DNA of 32,000 nt from Candidatus Nitrosopumilus koreensis AR1 (GTDB lineage Archaea > Thermoproteota > Nitrososphaeria > Nitrososphaerales > Nitrosopumilaceae). The notes under the pieces were generated by a model. That model saw only the letters and a program-made list of their open reading frames with translations, made no database searches and was not told the DNA's origin. Each line of letters begins with the position of its first letter. Within the stretch, counting starts at the first letter, position 1. The DNA is taken from assembly GCF_000299365.1 (NCBI RefSeq), contig NC_018655.1, forward strand, positions 150,001-182,000, read 5' to 3'. The position numbers were made by a program, and so were the translations under genes. Of this stretch, positions 8,175 to 17,204 are shown piece by piece.

Positions 8175-9566
8175 ATGACGTATGATACTGTAATTGTTGA
8201 TTCACACGTTATACTCCCACAAGGCTTGATGGATAAAAATATCATTATTGATGAAGGAAAAATTGTTGGCCTGACAAATGACATTCCATCATGTGATGTC
8301 AAAATCAACGGAAACGGTTTGATTTCTGTTCCTGGCCCAATTGACACACATGTCCACTATGGTGTATATTCTCCAATTAATGAGGCGGCAAAATCTGAAT
8401 CTCATGCTGCTGCAATTGGTGGTGTTACAACTATGATGAGAATGCTTAGATTGGAAGATCCATTTTCTAGTTCATTACAATCTCAGTTGGATGCTGCATC
8501 TCAAAATCATTATGTTGATTATGCAATACACGCATCTATATTTAATCAGCAACAAATTAACGAAATGAATTATTGTGTGGATAAAGGTATCACATCATTC
8601 AAAATTTACATGAATCTTGGAGGTGAAATTGGACATGTTTACATGGATATGCCTCCTAATTCATCTGAGCTTGTTGCAGCTAATGTTAATGTAACTGATG
8701 AAATTGTTGAGCAGACGGTAAAGACTGCAGCGTCTCTTGGTTGTCCTGTTTTGGTTCATGCAGAAGACTATGAATCCTGTGGGTGCGGAATTAAAACTGC
8801 TAGAGAGAAAAAACAAGATGGATTATCTGCATGGTCTGAAAGCCGTTCTCCTGAATTTGAAGCAAAAGCAATCAAGACAGTATCAAAGTTTGGACGTGAT
8901 TATGACTGTGTTATCTATTTTGTTCACATTGGTTCTGAACGAGCTCTTAAACAAATTCAAGAAGAAAGAAAATTGGGTACCAAAATTTTTGTCGAGACAT
9001 GCCCTCATTACTTGACATTGTCTTATGAAAAACAAGATGGATATCTTGCTAAAGTAATGCCTCCTATAAGAACCGAAAATGATCAAAAAGCAGTATGGAA
9101 TGCACTTTCAACCAATCAAATAAACACTATAGGTACAGATCATGTTGCAAATCAACTTAAACTCAAGTTGGGGGGAGATGATGTTTGGTCTGCATTAGCA
9201 GGATTTCCAGGAATTGGAACTGTACTTCCAATATTACTTAATGACGGAGTAAATCAGAATAGAATCACTTTGGAACAATTTGTAAAATTCACAAGTCAAA
9301 ATGCCGCACAAATATTTGGAATGTTTCCTCAAAAGGGCACTCTTGAAAAAAATTCTGATGCTGATATTACTATGATTGACTTGAAAAAAGAGAAAACAGT
9401 TTCTTCTGAACTGTTTGGCGGATTTTCAGATTATATTGTTTATGAGGGAAGAAATCTGAAAGGTTGGCCTGTTAAAACAATTGTGAGAGGAGAATTAATT
9501 GCTGAAGACTTTGAAGTGATTGGGAAACTTGGATATGGCCAACTTGTAAAAAGAACCATTGGTTGA
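8175..9566 (+). CDS. Amidohydrolase of the dihydroorotase/dihydropyrimidinase (hydantoinase) family
   Basis: GPIDTHVHYGV (HxH), ITSFKIYMNLGG (candidate carboxylated Lys), LVHAEDYE, IYFVHIGSERAL, IGTDHVANQ metal-ligand motifs in family order. Confidence 0.85.
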   Translation: MTYDTVIVDSHVILPQGLMDKNIIIDEGKIVGLTNDIPSCDVKINGNGLISVPGPIDTHVHYGVYSPINEAAKSESHAAAIGGVTTMMRMLRLEDPFSSSLQSQLDAASQNHYVDYAIHASIFNQQQINEMNYCVDKGITSFKIYMNLGGEIGHVYMDMPPNSSELVAANVNVTDEIVEQTVKTAASLGCPVLVHAEDYESCGCGIKTAREKKQDGLSAWSESRSPEFEAKAIKTVSKFGRDYDCVIYFVHIGSERALKQIQEERKLGTKIFVETCPHYLTLSYEKQDGYLAKVMPPIRTENDQKAVWNALSTNQINTIGTDHVANQLKLKLGGDDVWSALAGFPGIGTVLPILLNDGVNQNRITLEQFVKFTSQNAAQIFGMFPQKGTLEKNSDADITMIDLKKEKTVSSELFGGFSDYIVYEGRNLKGWPVKTIVRGELIAEDFEVIGKLGYGQLVKRTIG

Positions 9567-9611
9567 AATTCTTAGAATAATATTTATGTGAAAAAAATAG
9601 ATTTTTTTTAA

Positions 9612-10511
9612 ATGCAATACGTATCTTTATTTTTTACATTTTCAGTGATTCTTGGAATTTTGTTTGTTCCGTTAACTAGTTCATTTGCAGAATCAATCAT
9701 CCCTCCACATAGACAATGGACACAATTCAACGATATTAGCAAAATTACTTGCAAAGATGGATTGATTCTTTTGCAAAAAAGTAATGGTTTTCCTGCATGT
9801 GTTTCATCTACAGCCTATTTGAAATTAATTGATAGAGGATATGGTATGTTTGATTCTAAAATTCTAAAAGACCGTCCTATGATGATGAATGATTTGATGA
9901 CAAATATGGCATCTAATACTTCAATAATGCATCATTGGCATGAAATGATGCAAAATGATCCTACTATGATGAAAAATACTATGAAAAATTGGATCTCAAA
10001 AATGAAAGAGAATCCAAAATTTTTGAAAAATATGATGGGGCCTATTACATCTGATCCAGAATTAAGGCAAGAGATGATTGAACACATGAAAAAACATCCT
10101 GTAATGGAACAATCTCTAAAAGATCATCCTATGTGGATGGCTTCTGTACATGAACCCATGATGGGCTCTACAATGGGATCGGGTATGAATCAAGGAATGC
10201 ATTCTGGAATGTGTTCTTGGTGTCCTGAATATGAACATAATATGCAACATGTGTCTCATGCTAGTTTTACAAATTCTGATAGAATGATGAACATAATACA
10301 TCATATGTGGATTGATGACAAAATGGTTCAAGACATGCATGAATTCATGCTTGAAAATCCGGAGCATATGAAACAAATGTCAGAACAAATGATGGGGCCA
10401 ATACTGGGATTTATGATGGATGATACAGAAATCAGACAACAAATGATAGATTTGATGCTAGACCATGAAGACTTTATGAATTCAATTCGCCATATTGATT
10501 CTTCTAAATAA
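9612..10511 (+). CDS. Secreted Met/His-rich protein, putative copper binding
   Basis: Signal peptide (YVSLFFTFSVILGILFVPLTSSFA), short domain ITCKDGLILLQKSNGFPACVSSTAYLKLIDRGY, then a Met/His-rich tail with a CSWC motif; roughly 43 Met in 299 aa by hand count. Confidence 0.8.
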   Translation: MQYVSLFFTFSVILGILFVPLTSSFAESIIPPHRQWTQFNDISKITCKDGLILLQKSNGFPACVSSTAYLKLIDRGYGMFDSKILKDRPMMMNDLMTNMASNTSIMHHWHEMMQNDPTMMKNTMKNWISKMKENPKFLKNMMGPITSDPELRQEMIEHMKKHPVMEQSLKDHPMWMASVHEPMMGSTMGSGMNQGMHSGMCSWCPEYEHNMQHVSHASFTNSDRMMNIIHHMWIDDKMVQDMHEFMLENPEHMKQMSEQMMGPILGFMMDDTEIRQQMIDLMLDHEDFMNSIRHIDSSK

Positions 10512-10518
10512 TTTCTAA

Positions 10519-11346
10519 TTAAACAAATTTGATTGCGCTATATCCTACAACGCTGCTTGTATCACCTTGTATGTCTCCACTGGTTGTATAACTTAGAAGC
10601 TCACCTCTTGTCGCACCCAGTTTTTTGCAAGCAATTAATGTGGATGCCATTGCTCCATATCCGCATGCAGTAATTTTTTTCTCCATTAAAACACTATAGA
10701 ATTTTTCAACATTCATTTCTAATATTGGTTCAATCAAAGCTTTGTCTTGTGAATATGCAAAAGAATTTTCCTCATAATGTGTAAAATCAGAAGAGGCAAT
10801 AATCATTGCATTTCTTGATTTGGCAATTTGAGCTACTGCATTTCCTACATCTTTTGCCATTTCTAAGCTTTGGTCTCGTAAAATTATTGGAAGAATCTTG
10901 AATTTATTAGAAAGTGTTGATTGTAGCATTGGAATTTGAACCTCTAGACTATGATCTTTTGAATGAGAAAATTCATCAATTTCGATATATTTTGAATTGT
11001 TTGCTATTTCTTGTGCAGCTTCTGAATCCACTTCTACAAGTCCTAGAGGTGTTTCCCATTGAGCGTCAATCATTGTTGCAACATCTTTTCCAATTCCGAA
11101 GTGATTTGGTCCAATAATTATTACAAGTTCAGGATTTTTAGATGAAATTGCCTTGTAGGAATGACATGCGGTGGGACCAGAATAAACATAGCCTGCATGG
11201 GGACAGATTATCCCATAAACTTTCTCATCTTTTTGTATTTGATTGCCAGGCCCATACTTATGTTGAAGACAGGAATCTATCATTTCTTCAAGTTCATCTT
11301 TTGTTTCAGGATAAAATTGTCCTGCGACAACTGGTTTTCTAATCAT
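10519..11346 (-). CDS. MEMO family protein (AmmeMemoRadiSam system protein B)
   Basis: RKPVVAGQFYP, CPHAGYVYSGPTACHSYK, IIGPNHFGIG, SLEVQIPMLQ, IIASSDFTHYE, YTTSGD motifs of Memo-like proteins. Confidence 0.95.
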   Translation of the reverse strand: MIRKPVVAGQFYPETKDELEEMIDSCLQHKYGPGNQIQKDEKVYGIICPHAGYVYSGPTACHSYKAISSKNPELVIIIGPNHFGIGKDVATMIDAQWETPLGLVEVDSEAAQEIANNSKYIEIDEFSHSKDHSLEVQIPMLQSTLSNKFKILPIILRDQSLEMAKDVGNAVAQIAKSRNAMIIASSDFTHYEENSFAYSQDKALIEPILEMNVEKFYSVLMEKKITACGYGAMASTLIACKKLGATRGELLSYTTSGDIQGDTSSVVGYSAIKFV

Positions 11347-11366
11347 AACACATCTTACACATTATT

Positions 11367-11984
11367 TTATAAAAGAACATTAGATGATTCTCTGATAATA
11401 TTCCCATTAGGTTCTTCTTCTTTGAAAATCATTCCTTGAAATTTTGAAATCTTTGTTGACTTGTCTTTCCATGCATCTTTGTTTAATCCTGCCTTTTGAC
11501 ATGTATACTCTAAAAATTCCTCTTCACTCCATCCATATTCAATAGGAACTTGAGGCAATAACAATCCTGAAGAAAAATCATTTTCTGCAATTAATCCGTC
11601 TCTACCAACTTTGATCTGTGATAAATATTCAGAATAATCTCTTACTTTGATTTCTTCTGGATGAGTAAGAACAGTTACTTCAAATGTTATTTTATCCATT
11701 TCATCCGTGACTACTGGGGTAAATCGCGGATCTCTTGTTGCAGCTGAAATTGCGGCATCAATTAACCCATCATACAATTTCTTTATAGGTGTTGGATAAC
11801 CTATGCATCCTCTTAGATTGTCTTCTTTGTTTAGTGTAACAAACACTCCTGAACTAAAATCAAATTTTGAGTTAAATTCTGAATCAGAAATTTTTGAATT
11901 ATTTTTTAAAAATTCTGTCACAGCTTTTCTTGCCATCCTAACTAATTCTACTCCATCTGAATCTGAAAATTGAAAATTTGTCAT
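11367..11984 (-). CDS. AMMECR1 domain protein (AmmeMemoRadiSam system protein A)
   Basis: GVFVTLNKEDNLRGCIGYPTPIKKLYDGLIDAAISAATRDPRF and LLLPQVPIEYGWSEEEFLEYTCQKAGL motifs. Confidence 0.95.
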   Translation of the reverse strand: MTNFQFSDSDGVELVRMARKAVTEFLKNNSKISDSEFNSKFDFSSGVFVTLNKEDNLRGCIGYPTPIKKLYDGLIDAAISAATRDPRFTPVVTDEMDKITFEVTVLTHPEEIKVRDYSEYLSQIKVGRDGLIAENDFSSGLLLPQVPIEYGWSEEEFLEYTCQKAGLNKDAWKDKSTKISKFQGMIFKEEEPNGNIIRESSNVLL

Positions 11985-12022
11985 ACGTGTTAAATATGTA
12001 AAATAAACATAAAAAATGTGCT

Positions 12023-13087
12023 ATGATTCTTGGCAAAGAAGCTGAATTATACGAAAAACTACCAAATGACAAAGTAAAATGTACAGCATGTGCACGATAT
12101 TGTGAAATTGGTAATGGACAAATCGGCTTATGTGGGATTAGAGGAAATGAAAATGGAAAACTACATCTTTATGCATATGGGAAAGTCGTTTCTGGACATG
12201 TGGATCCTATTGAAAAAAAACCTTTGATTCACTACTATCCTGGAAGTAAAATCTACTCTATTGCTACAACTGGATGTAATTGGCTTTGTAAATACTGTCA
12301 AAATTCTGATATCAGTCAACGACGAGAAGTTCAGGGAATTGATATGACTCCTGATGAAGTTGTTGATACTGCACTAAAATATGGTGCGCATGGAATTGCA
12401 TATACATACAATGAACCATCAATCTTTATAGAATTTGCAAAAGATTGTGGAATTGCTGCAAGAAAAAAAGGACTGTTTAACATATTTGTTTCAAATGGAT
12501 ATGATACTCCTCAATCTGTTTCGATGATGAATCAATTTCTTGATGGAATAACAGTTGATTTTAAGGGAAGTGCAGAAAAAGAGTTTACACGTAAATTTAT
12601 TGGAGTTCCTGATCCTCAACCAATCTTTGATACTTTGTTAGAAATTAGGGATAGAACTAACATCCACATTGAAATTACAGATTTAATTGTTCCAAAAGTT
12701 GGAGATGATTTGGAACATGCAAAAAAACTCTCAAAATTTATTCTAGATGAGTTTGGGCCAGAAATGCCAATTCATTTTCTACGATTTCATCCAGATTACA
12801 AGATGATGGAATACCCAAGCACCCCTGTCGAAACATTAGAAAAACATTATAAAATCGCAAAAGATGTTGGACTAAAGTATGTGTATCTAGGAAATGTTCC
12901 TGGTCATAAATGGGAGCATACGTATTGTTCTGAATGTAATAATATTGTTGTAAACCGTTACGGGTTTAGTATACGAGAATGGAGTCTTGACAAAAATAAT
13001 TGTTGCAAGTTTTGTGGAAATAAAATTCCAATAGAAGGAAAATTAAGAGAAGGATACAAAGAAGACCGTTTCCAGTTTGTATCTTAA
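12023..13087 (+). CDS. Radical SAM enzyme of the AmmeMemoRadiSam system
   Basis: KVKCTACARYCEIGNGQIGLCGIRGN followed by ATTGCNWLCKYCQN (CxxxxxCxxC, where the first-to-second Cys spacing is wider than in the canonical CxxxCxxC form), GIAYTYNEPSIF, DLIVPKVGDD, HFLRFHPDYKM and a C-terminal CSECNNIV...CCKFCGNKIPI zinc-ribbon-like region. Confidence 0.92.
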   Translation: MILGKEAELYEKLPNDKVKCTACARYCEIGNGQIGLCGIRGNENGKLHLYAYGKVVSGHVDPIEKKPLIHYYPGSKIYSIATTGCNWLCKYCQNSDISQRREVQGIDMTPDEVVDTALKYGAHGIAYTYNEPSIFIEFAKDCGIAARKKGLFNIFVSNGYDTPQSVSMMNQFLDGITVDFKGSAEKEFTRKFIGVPDPQPIFDTLLEIRDRTNIHIEITDLIVPKVGDDLEHAKKLSKFILDEFGPEMPIHFLRFHPDYKMMEYPSTPVETLEKHYKIAKDVGLKYVYLGNVPGHKWEHTYCSECNNIVVNRYGFSIREWSLDKNNCCKFCGNKIPIEGKLREGYKEDRFQFVS

Positions 13088-13089
13088 TG

Positions 13090-13287
13090 TTATTTCATGG
13101 TTCTTAGTTGCCTTTCAGTATCTCTTATGAAATCCTCATATTTCATAATCTGAGTAGTTATACGGAAAGCATTCATTTGATCTTCGTTGTCTTTTGAGCC
13201 TAGGAGTGGCTTTCTTAACTCCATTAGTCTTTGCTGTTCTTCTGTAGCCTTTAGAATATCATTTCTGAGATCCTCGCTTGTTGCCAC
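13090..13287 (-). CDS. Small conserved hypothetical protein
   Basis: 65-aa charged helical ORF, stop adjacent to the convergent radical SAM stop. Confidence 0.6.
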   Translation of the reverse strand: MATSEDLRNDILKATEEQQRLMELRKPLLGSKDNEDQMNAFRITTQIMKYEDFIRDTERQLRTMK

Positions 13288-13324
13288 GCATAATATACGT
13301 GATTTTTAGATTTAAGAATTTCAT

Positions 13325-13999
13325 TTACAAAACATCAAATTTTCCACCAGTTTTTGCTCTATAGATTACATCTGGCTTTCTAATGAAAATCCCTGACTCT
13401 AAGACCCCTGTGGTTCCTTTGATTTTTTGTGTTAATGATTTTGGATTTTTTATTGTTCCAAAGTCACAATCTAAGATGATATTCCCATTTTCTGTAAAAA
13501 AAGGATAACCCCTATCTAGTGAACGTAGTTTTGCTTTTCCACCTAATTTTTTAATGGAGTTTGTTACTGAATTTCTAGCCAGTGGATGTATCTCTACTGG
13601 AACGGTTCTTGTAAAGTTTTTTACAAATTTTGTATTGTCTGCCATCACTACAACTTTCTTTGCAATACTAAACAAAATGTTTTCTCTAAGTAGAGCTCCT
13701 CCACCACCTTTGATTACAAATTTTTGAGAATCAATTTGATCTGCACCATCAAACACAATATCAATGTGTTTTATCTGATCAACTTCTATCAATGGAATTC
13801 CAACTTTTTCTGCAATAAGTTTGATTTGTAATGATGTTGGAACTCCTTTGATATTGTAATTTTTTAATTTAATTAATTTCCCAAGTGATTTTACAAGTGC
13901 AGTAGCTGCTCTACCGCTACCTAAACCAATCACATAATCATCTTTTACAAGTTTTAATGCATTACTTGATAATGCCGTGATGGCATCATCATAAGACAA
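13325..13999 (-). CDS. rpiA: Ribose-5-phosphate isomerase A
   Basis: VIGLGSGRAATALVKSL, GVPTSLQIK, DIVFDGADQID, KGGGGALLREN. Start codon is TTG, directly abutting the upstream stop. Confidence 0.95.
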   Translation of the reverse strand: MSYDDAITALSSNALKLVKDDYVIGLGSGRAATALVKSLGKLIKLKNYNIKGVPTSLQIKLIAEKVGIPLIEVDQIKHIDIVFDGADQIDSQKFVIKGGGGALLRENILFSIAKKVVVMADNTKFVKNFTRTVPVEIHPLARNSVTNSIKKLGGKAKLRSLDRGYPFFTENGNIILDCDFGTIKNPKSLTQKIKGTTGVLESGIFIRKPDVIYRAKTGGKFDVL

Positions 14000-14974
14000 T
14001 TACTCTACCTCTGCTTGATCAAGCTTTGATAGAACTTTCATGATGTCACCTTTGATTTTATCTAAATCATCAATGTCCTCATCAACATCATCGTTATCTG
14101 CTGATGTTGGTTCTGGTTTTTGTATTTCTGGCTCTGGAAGTGCTTTGTGTTCTGTAATTTTGGCAACTTCTTTATTGATATCTGGTTTTGTTTCTACTTT
14201 GGGCTCAGGATTTGATGTAACTTCCTGAATAATCTCGATCTTATCTTCAACTTTTGGTTTTGGTTGAATAACTTCTTTAACAATTTCTTCTTTTGGCTTG
14301 ATTAATTCAGTTTGAATTGTTTTTGGCTGTGGCATTGGTTTTGGAATTTGTTTTTCCTCTTTTCCAAATAAGGGGAATTTTGGTTCTTTTCTTGAAATGT
14401 TTGTTAAAGTGGTTAGTTCAAATGATTGTCGTGATCTTGTTGCAGGAATTGTTACTGGTTCTGTTTTTGTTTCTCTTGGTTTATCAAAATTGAATGTGTT
14501 CTTAAATGAATTTGTAGATTGCTTTGTTTCTTTTTGAACTTCTGGTTCCTTTATTTTTGGTGTTTCAACTTTTGGAACTGACATCTTTGATGACAGTTCG
14601 TATAATCTATCATCTAATTTTGATAACTTTTGATCCATTAGTGTGATTAAACCGTCTCCAACAGGACCCAAGTCTGGATGTTTACTTGCTTGTTCAAGTT
14701 TTTCTAATTTTGCTAAAATAATGCCTAATTGATGTTGATATTTTAATAACAATTTATCCTTTTGAATTTTAGAAAATTCAGAATCAGACTGATATAATCT
14801 TGAAATTGTTTTTGTTAGTATGTCTTTTTCAATTTTCAATGAATTAATTTGACTTTTAATGTGCGAACTGGCACCGAGACTTAATAGTTGATTTTTATCT
14901 CTTGGCATTTTTCGTACAGCCGCAGCTGTAGCTACGCCTGCTAATGAACTAAGAATAAGAGCAATTTCTTGCAT
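14000..14974 (-). CDS. Hypothetical protein: N-terminal hydrophobic segment, coiled-coil region, long P/E/K-rich low-complexity region
   Basis: MQEIALILSSLAGVATAAAV, then repeated PEPxxxKPE/EIIQEV-type segments and C-terminal IKGDIMKVLSKLDQAEVE. Confidence 0.7.
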   Translation of the reverse strand: MQEIALILSSLAGVATAAAVRKMPRDKNQLLSLGASSHIKSQINSLKIEKDILTKTISRLYQSDSEFSKIQKDKLLLKYQHQLGIILAKLEKLEQASKHPDLGPVGDGLITLMDQKLSKLDDRLYELSSKMSVPKVETPKIKEPEVQKETKQSTNSFKNTFNFDKPRETKTEPVTIPATRSRQSFELTTLTNISRKEPKFPLFGKEEKQIPKPMPQPKTIQTELIKPKEEIVKEVIQPKPKVEDKIEIIQEVTSNPEPKVETKPDINKEVAKITEHKALPEPEIQKPEPTSADNDDVDEDIDDLDKIKGDIMKVLSKLDQAEVE

Positions 14975-15142
14975 CTATGTGTACCATTTAATCCAAGAAT
15001 ATTTTCTTCTTTTGGCCTCTGGGAATCCACAACTTGCGCATTGGTGATGACGTTTGTGAAGTGAGTTATTACCACATCTTCTACATCTGATGTGTACTTT
15101 TTTCTTTGTAAAACCACCCATAGAAGTTGTACCTTTCACCAT
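14975..15142 (-). CDS. rpl37e: Ribosomal protein L37e (missed by ORF track)
   Basis: Hand translation gives [55 protein letters not shown], matching the L37e zinc-binding pattern. Confidence 0.95.
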   Translation of the reverse strand: MVKGTTSMGGFTKKKVHIRCRRCGNNSLHKRHHQCASCGFPEAKRRKYSWIKWYT

Positions 15143-15152
15143 GTCATATCAC

Positions 15153-15389
15153 CTAATTTTGTGCCGGTGGAGGAGAAATCATAACTACATTGTCTCCTCT
15201 GACTACAATGGTTCCAAGGCCTTTTGAATCGCCTTCAGCAGGAATCTCCTCTGAAGAATCGAGTAGCAGGTTCATGTGTTGGTCAAAACCAAGTAAATTA
15301 CCTCTAATGGTTTTGTTTCCTTTGAGTTTTATCAATACAACTTGATTGATACTCTCATCCAATACTTTTACTGCCATATCAACGGACAT
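15153..15389 (-). CDS. LSm/Sm-like archaeal protein
   Basis: [32 protein letters not shown] and [15 protein letters not shown] Sm motifs, next to L37e as in many archaea. Confidence 0.95.
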   Translation of the reverse strand: MSVDMAVKVLDESINQVVLIKLKGNKTIRGNLLGFDQHMNLLLDSSEEIPAEGDSKGLGTIVVRGDNVVMISPPPAQN

Positions 15390-15446
15390 CTATTTCACTT
15401 ATTGGCTTTGATATTGAGGGATTATATTAAAATTTCATTGGTGAAA

Positions 15447-16178
15447 CTATGAGCTATGCCCAGTAAGGCAAGTTTGACACTTTTTTCCAAGATTTTTCAC
15501 AATTTCAGCTAAAATTAACTGTCCCTCTTTTTTTGAAGCTTTTGTAGGATCTCCCCAAATACCGTTTTTGGTAGCTTTTGGAAATGACTTATTTGCCAAT
15601 TTGCCAATTTTCTTAATTTCATGTTTTGTCATTTTTTCTGTAGTTAGTCCTTTTCTTGCTGACTTCATTTTAACATTTTTTGAAATTGCTAACATTAGAG
15701 ATGTTTCTACAAATCCAGCATGATCAAAATCTCTATTCATAAAATGCCAATATGAAAATGGAAATACTTTGAGTTTATTTTTTGAGATTTTTTTCAGTTT
15801 AACATCAATATTTTTTATTGAATTTTGATTTCCGTGGTGCCCGTTAATTATGAAAATCGTTTTGATATTGTTTTCTAACAGTGATACGCATATGTCTATT
15901 AAAATAACACGTAAGGTAGTTTCTCTAATGCTCAAATTAAAAAATGGGGCATGTTCAAACGATACCCCATAAGATAAAGTTGGGAACAAAAAATACCCAT
16001 TTTTTTCACAAATCCTTTTTGCTACCTCTGTTACAATATCTGTGTCAGTTGAAATAGGAAGATGTGGACCATGTTGTTCAATTGAGCCTATTGGAATGAC
16101 TGCAACTTGTTTTTTTCTTTTAATAGAACTTCTAAGGTTAGGATCAAATTGTGTTTTTATGTCTGTCATCTGATTCAC
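15447..16178 (-). CDS. Creatininase family protein (possible ArfB-like formamide hydrolase)
   Basis: VAVIPIGSIEQHGPHLPISTDTDI, FIINGHHGNQNSIK, DFDHAGFVETSLML, GIWGDPTKAS motifs. Confidence 0.88.
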   Translation of the reverse strand: MNQMTDIKTQFDPNLRSSIKRKKQVAVIPIGSIEQHGPHLPISTDTDIVTEVAKRICEKNGYFLFPTLSYGVSFEHAPFFNLSIRETTLRVILIDICVSLLENNIKTIFIINGHHGNQNSIKNIDVKLKKISKNKLKVFPFSYWHFMNRDFDHAGFVETSLMLAISKNVKMKSARKGLTTEKMTKHEIKKIGKLANKSFPKATKNGIWGDPTKASKKEGQLILAEIVKNLGKKCQTCLTGHSS

Positions 16179-17017
16179 TTTGATTTAACGTGAACCTTTC
16201 TCCATCGAACTTCTAATTTGTTTTCTAGATGCATCTTCATTGCTTTGAATAATGTGTCTGCTTCTAGTTTTTGTCCTTTTGACTTTATTTTTTCTAGTGT
16301 GTCGTTTGGATCTACTTTGAATGAATCTTGGAAAATAATGGGACCTTGATCTAAGTTTTCTGTTACATAATGAGATGTTACCCCTACAATTTTTGTTCCT
16401 CGTTCGTGAGCTTGTGCATATGCTAATGCACCAGGGAATGCAGGCAACAATGATGGATGAATGTTAATTATTCTATTTGGATATCTCCAAACAAAGTTGG
16501 GACTAAGAATTCTCATGTATCTTGCAAGTGCTATTAAATCAATATCATATTTTTTACAAATCTGAATAATTTTTTCTTCTGCTTTTTGTTGATTTTTTTC
16601 TTCAACTGCAACAAATGGGATCTTTGCTTTTTTTGCTAATGGCACAAGCGTTTTTTCAGTGCCTATTATCACTGAAATTTTTCCTTTAAGTGATTTTGAC
16701 CTTGCCAGAATTGTTTGTAGACATAACGGTTCTTTTGTTACAAACACTGCAATATTTTTCTGAGAATTTGTTTCATGATGAGTGCTTACATCCATCTTTT
16801 CTTTTTTAGCCAAAATTTGAATTTCTGAATCAAATTTTTTCACATCTACTGATTTTGAAAAGGAAACCTCTAGATACATTCCAAAAAGACCTTTGATTAC
16901 ATTTTGGTTTACTTTCTCAATGTTTCCACCCTTTGAGAATGCAAAATTTGTAAATGAAGCTACAATTCCTTCTCTGTCTTTACCAACAACTGTTATGCCC
17001 ACTACAGTTTTTTTCAT
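16175..17017 (-). CDS. purU: Formyltetrahydrofolate deformylase-like protein (ACT + formyl transferase domain)
   Basis: N-terminal ACT (TVVGKDREGIVASFTNF), then LARYMRILSPNFV...IINIHPSLLPAFPGALAYAQAHERGTKIVGVTSHYVTENLDQGPII. Confidence 0.88.
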   Translation of the reverse strand: MKKTVVGITVVGKDREGIVASFTNFAFSKGGNIEKVNQNVIKGLFGMYLEVSFSKSVDVKKFDSEIQILAKKEKMDVSTHHETNSQKNIAVFVTKEPLCLQTILARSKSLKGKISVIIGTEKTLVPLAKKAKIPFVAVEEKNQQKAEEKIIQICKKYDIDLIALARYMRILSPNFVWRYPNRIINIHPSLLPAFPGALAYAQAHERGTKIVGVTSHYVTENLDQGPIIFQDSFKVDPNDTLEKIKSKGQKLEADTLFKAMKMHLENKLEVRWRKVHVKSK

Positions 17018-17072
17018 GACTTTGTTTGTTGAAGATTTTCTTATTATTAATCATTCACAGAAATTAACATGG

Positions 17073-17157
17073 TGCGGGAGGTGGGATTTGAACCCACGAA
17101 CTCCTAAGAGATAGGGTCCTAAGCCCTACGCCTTTGACCAGGCTGGGCGACTCCCGC
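17073..17157 (-). tRNA. tRNA-Leu (TAG)
   Basis: Reverse complement GCGGGAGTCGCCCAGCCTGGTCAAAGGCGTAGGGCTTAGGACCCTATCTCTTAGGAGTTCGTGGGTTCAAATCCCACCTCCCGCA; anticodon arm TAGGG-CTTAGGA-CCCTA, long variable arm. Confidence 0.96.
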
Positions 17158-17204
17158 AACGGACATGCCATTAAACACAAATTTATCTATTATTGAATTA
17201 CATC

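Noticed and set aside
8737-9015. Plus-strand 92-aa ORF inside the amidohydrolase
   Set aside because: Lies wholly within a well-supported CDS in another frame, with composition typical of an out-of-frame read.
10116-10376. Minus-strand His/Met-rich 86-aa ORF
   Set aside because: It is the antisense of the Met/His-rich protein gene; the ATG/CAT symmetry makes Met codons read as His on the other strand.
14040-14974. P/E/K-rich segments considered as DNA tandem repeats or a mobile/CRISPR-like array
   Set aside because: Repetition is only at the amino-acid composition level with no regular period or conserved spacer structure.
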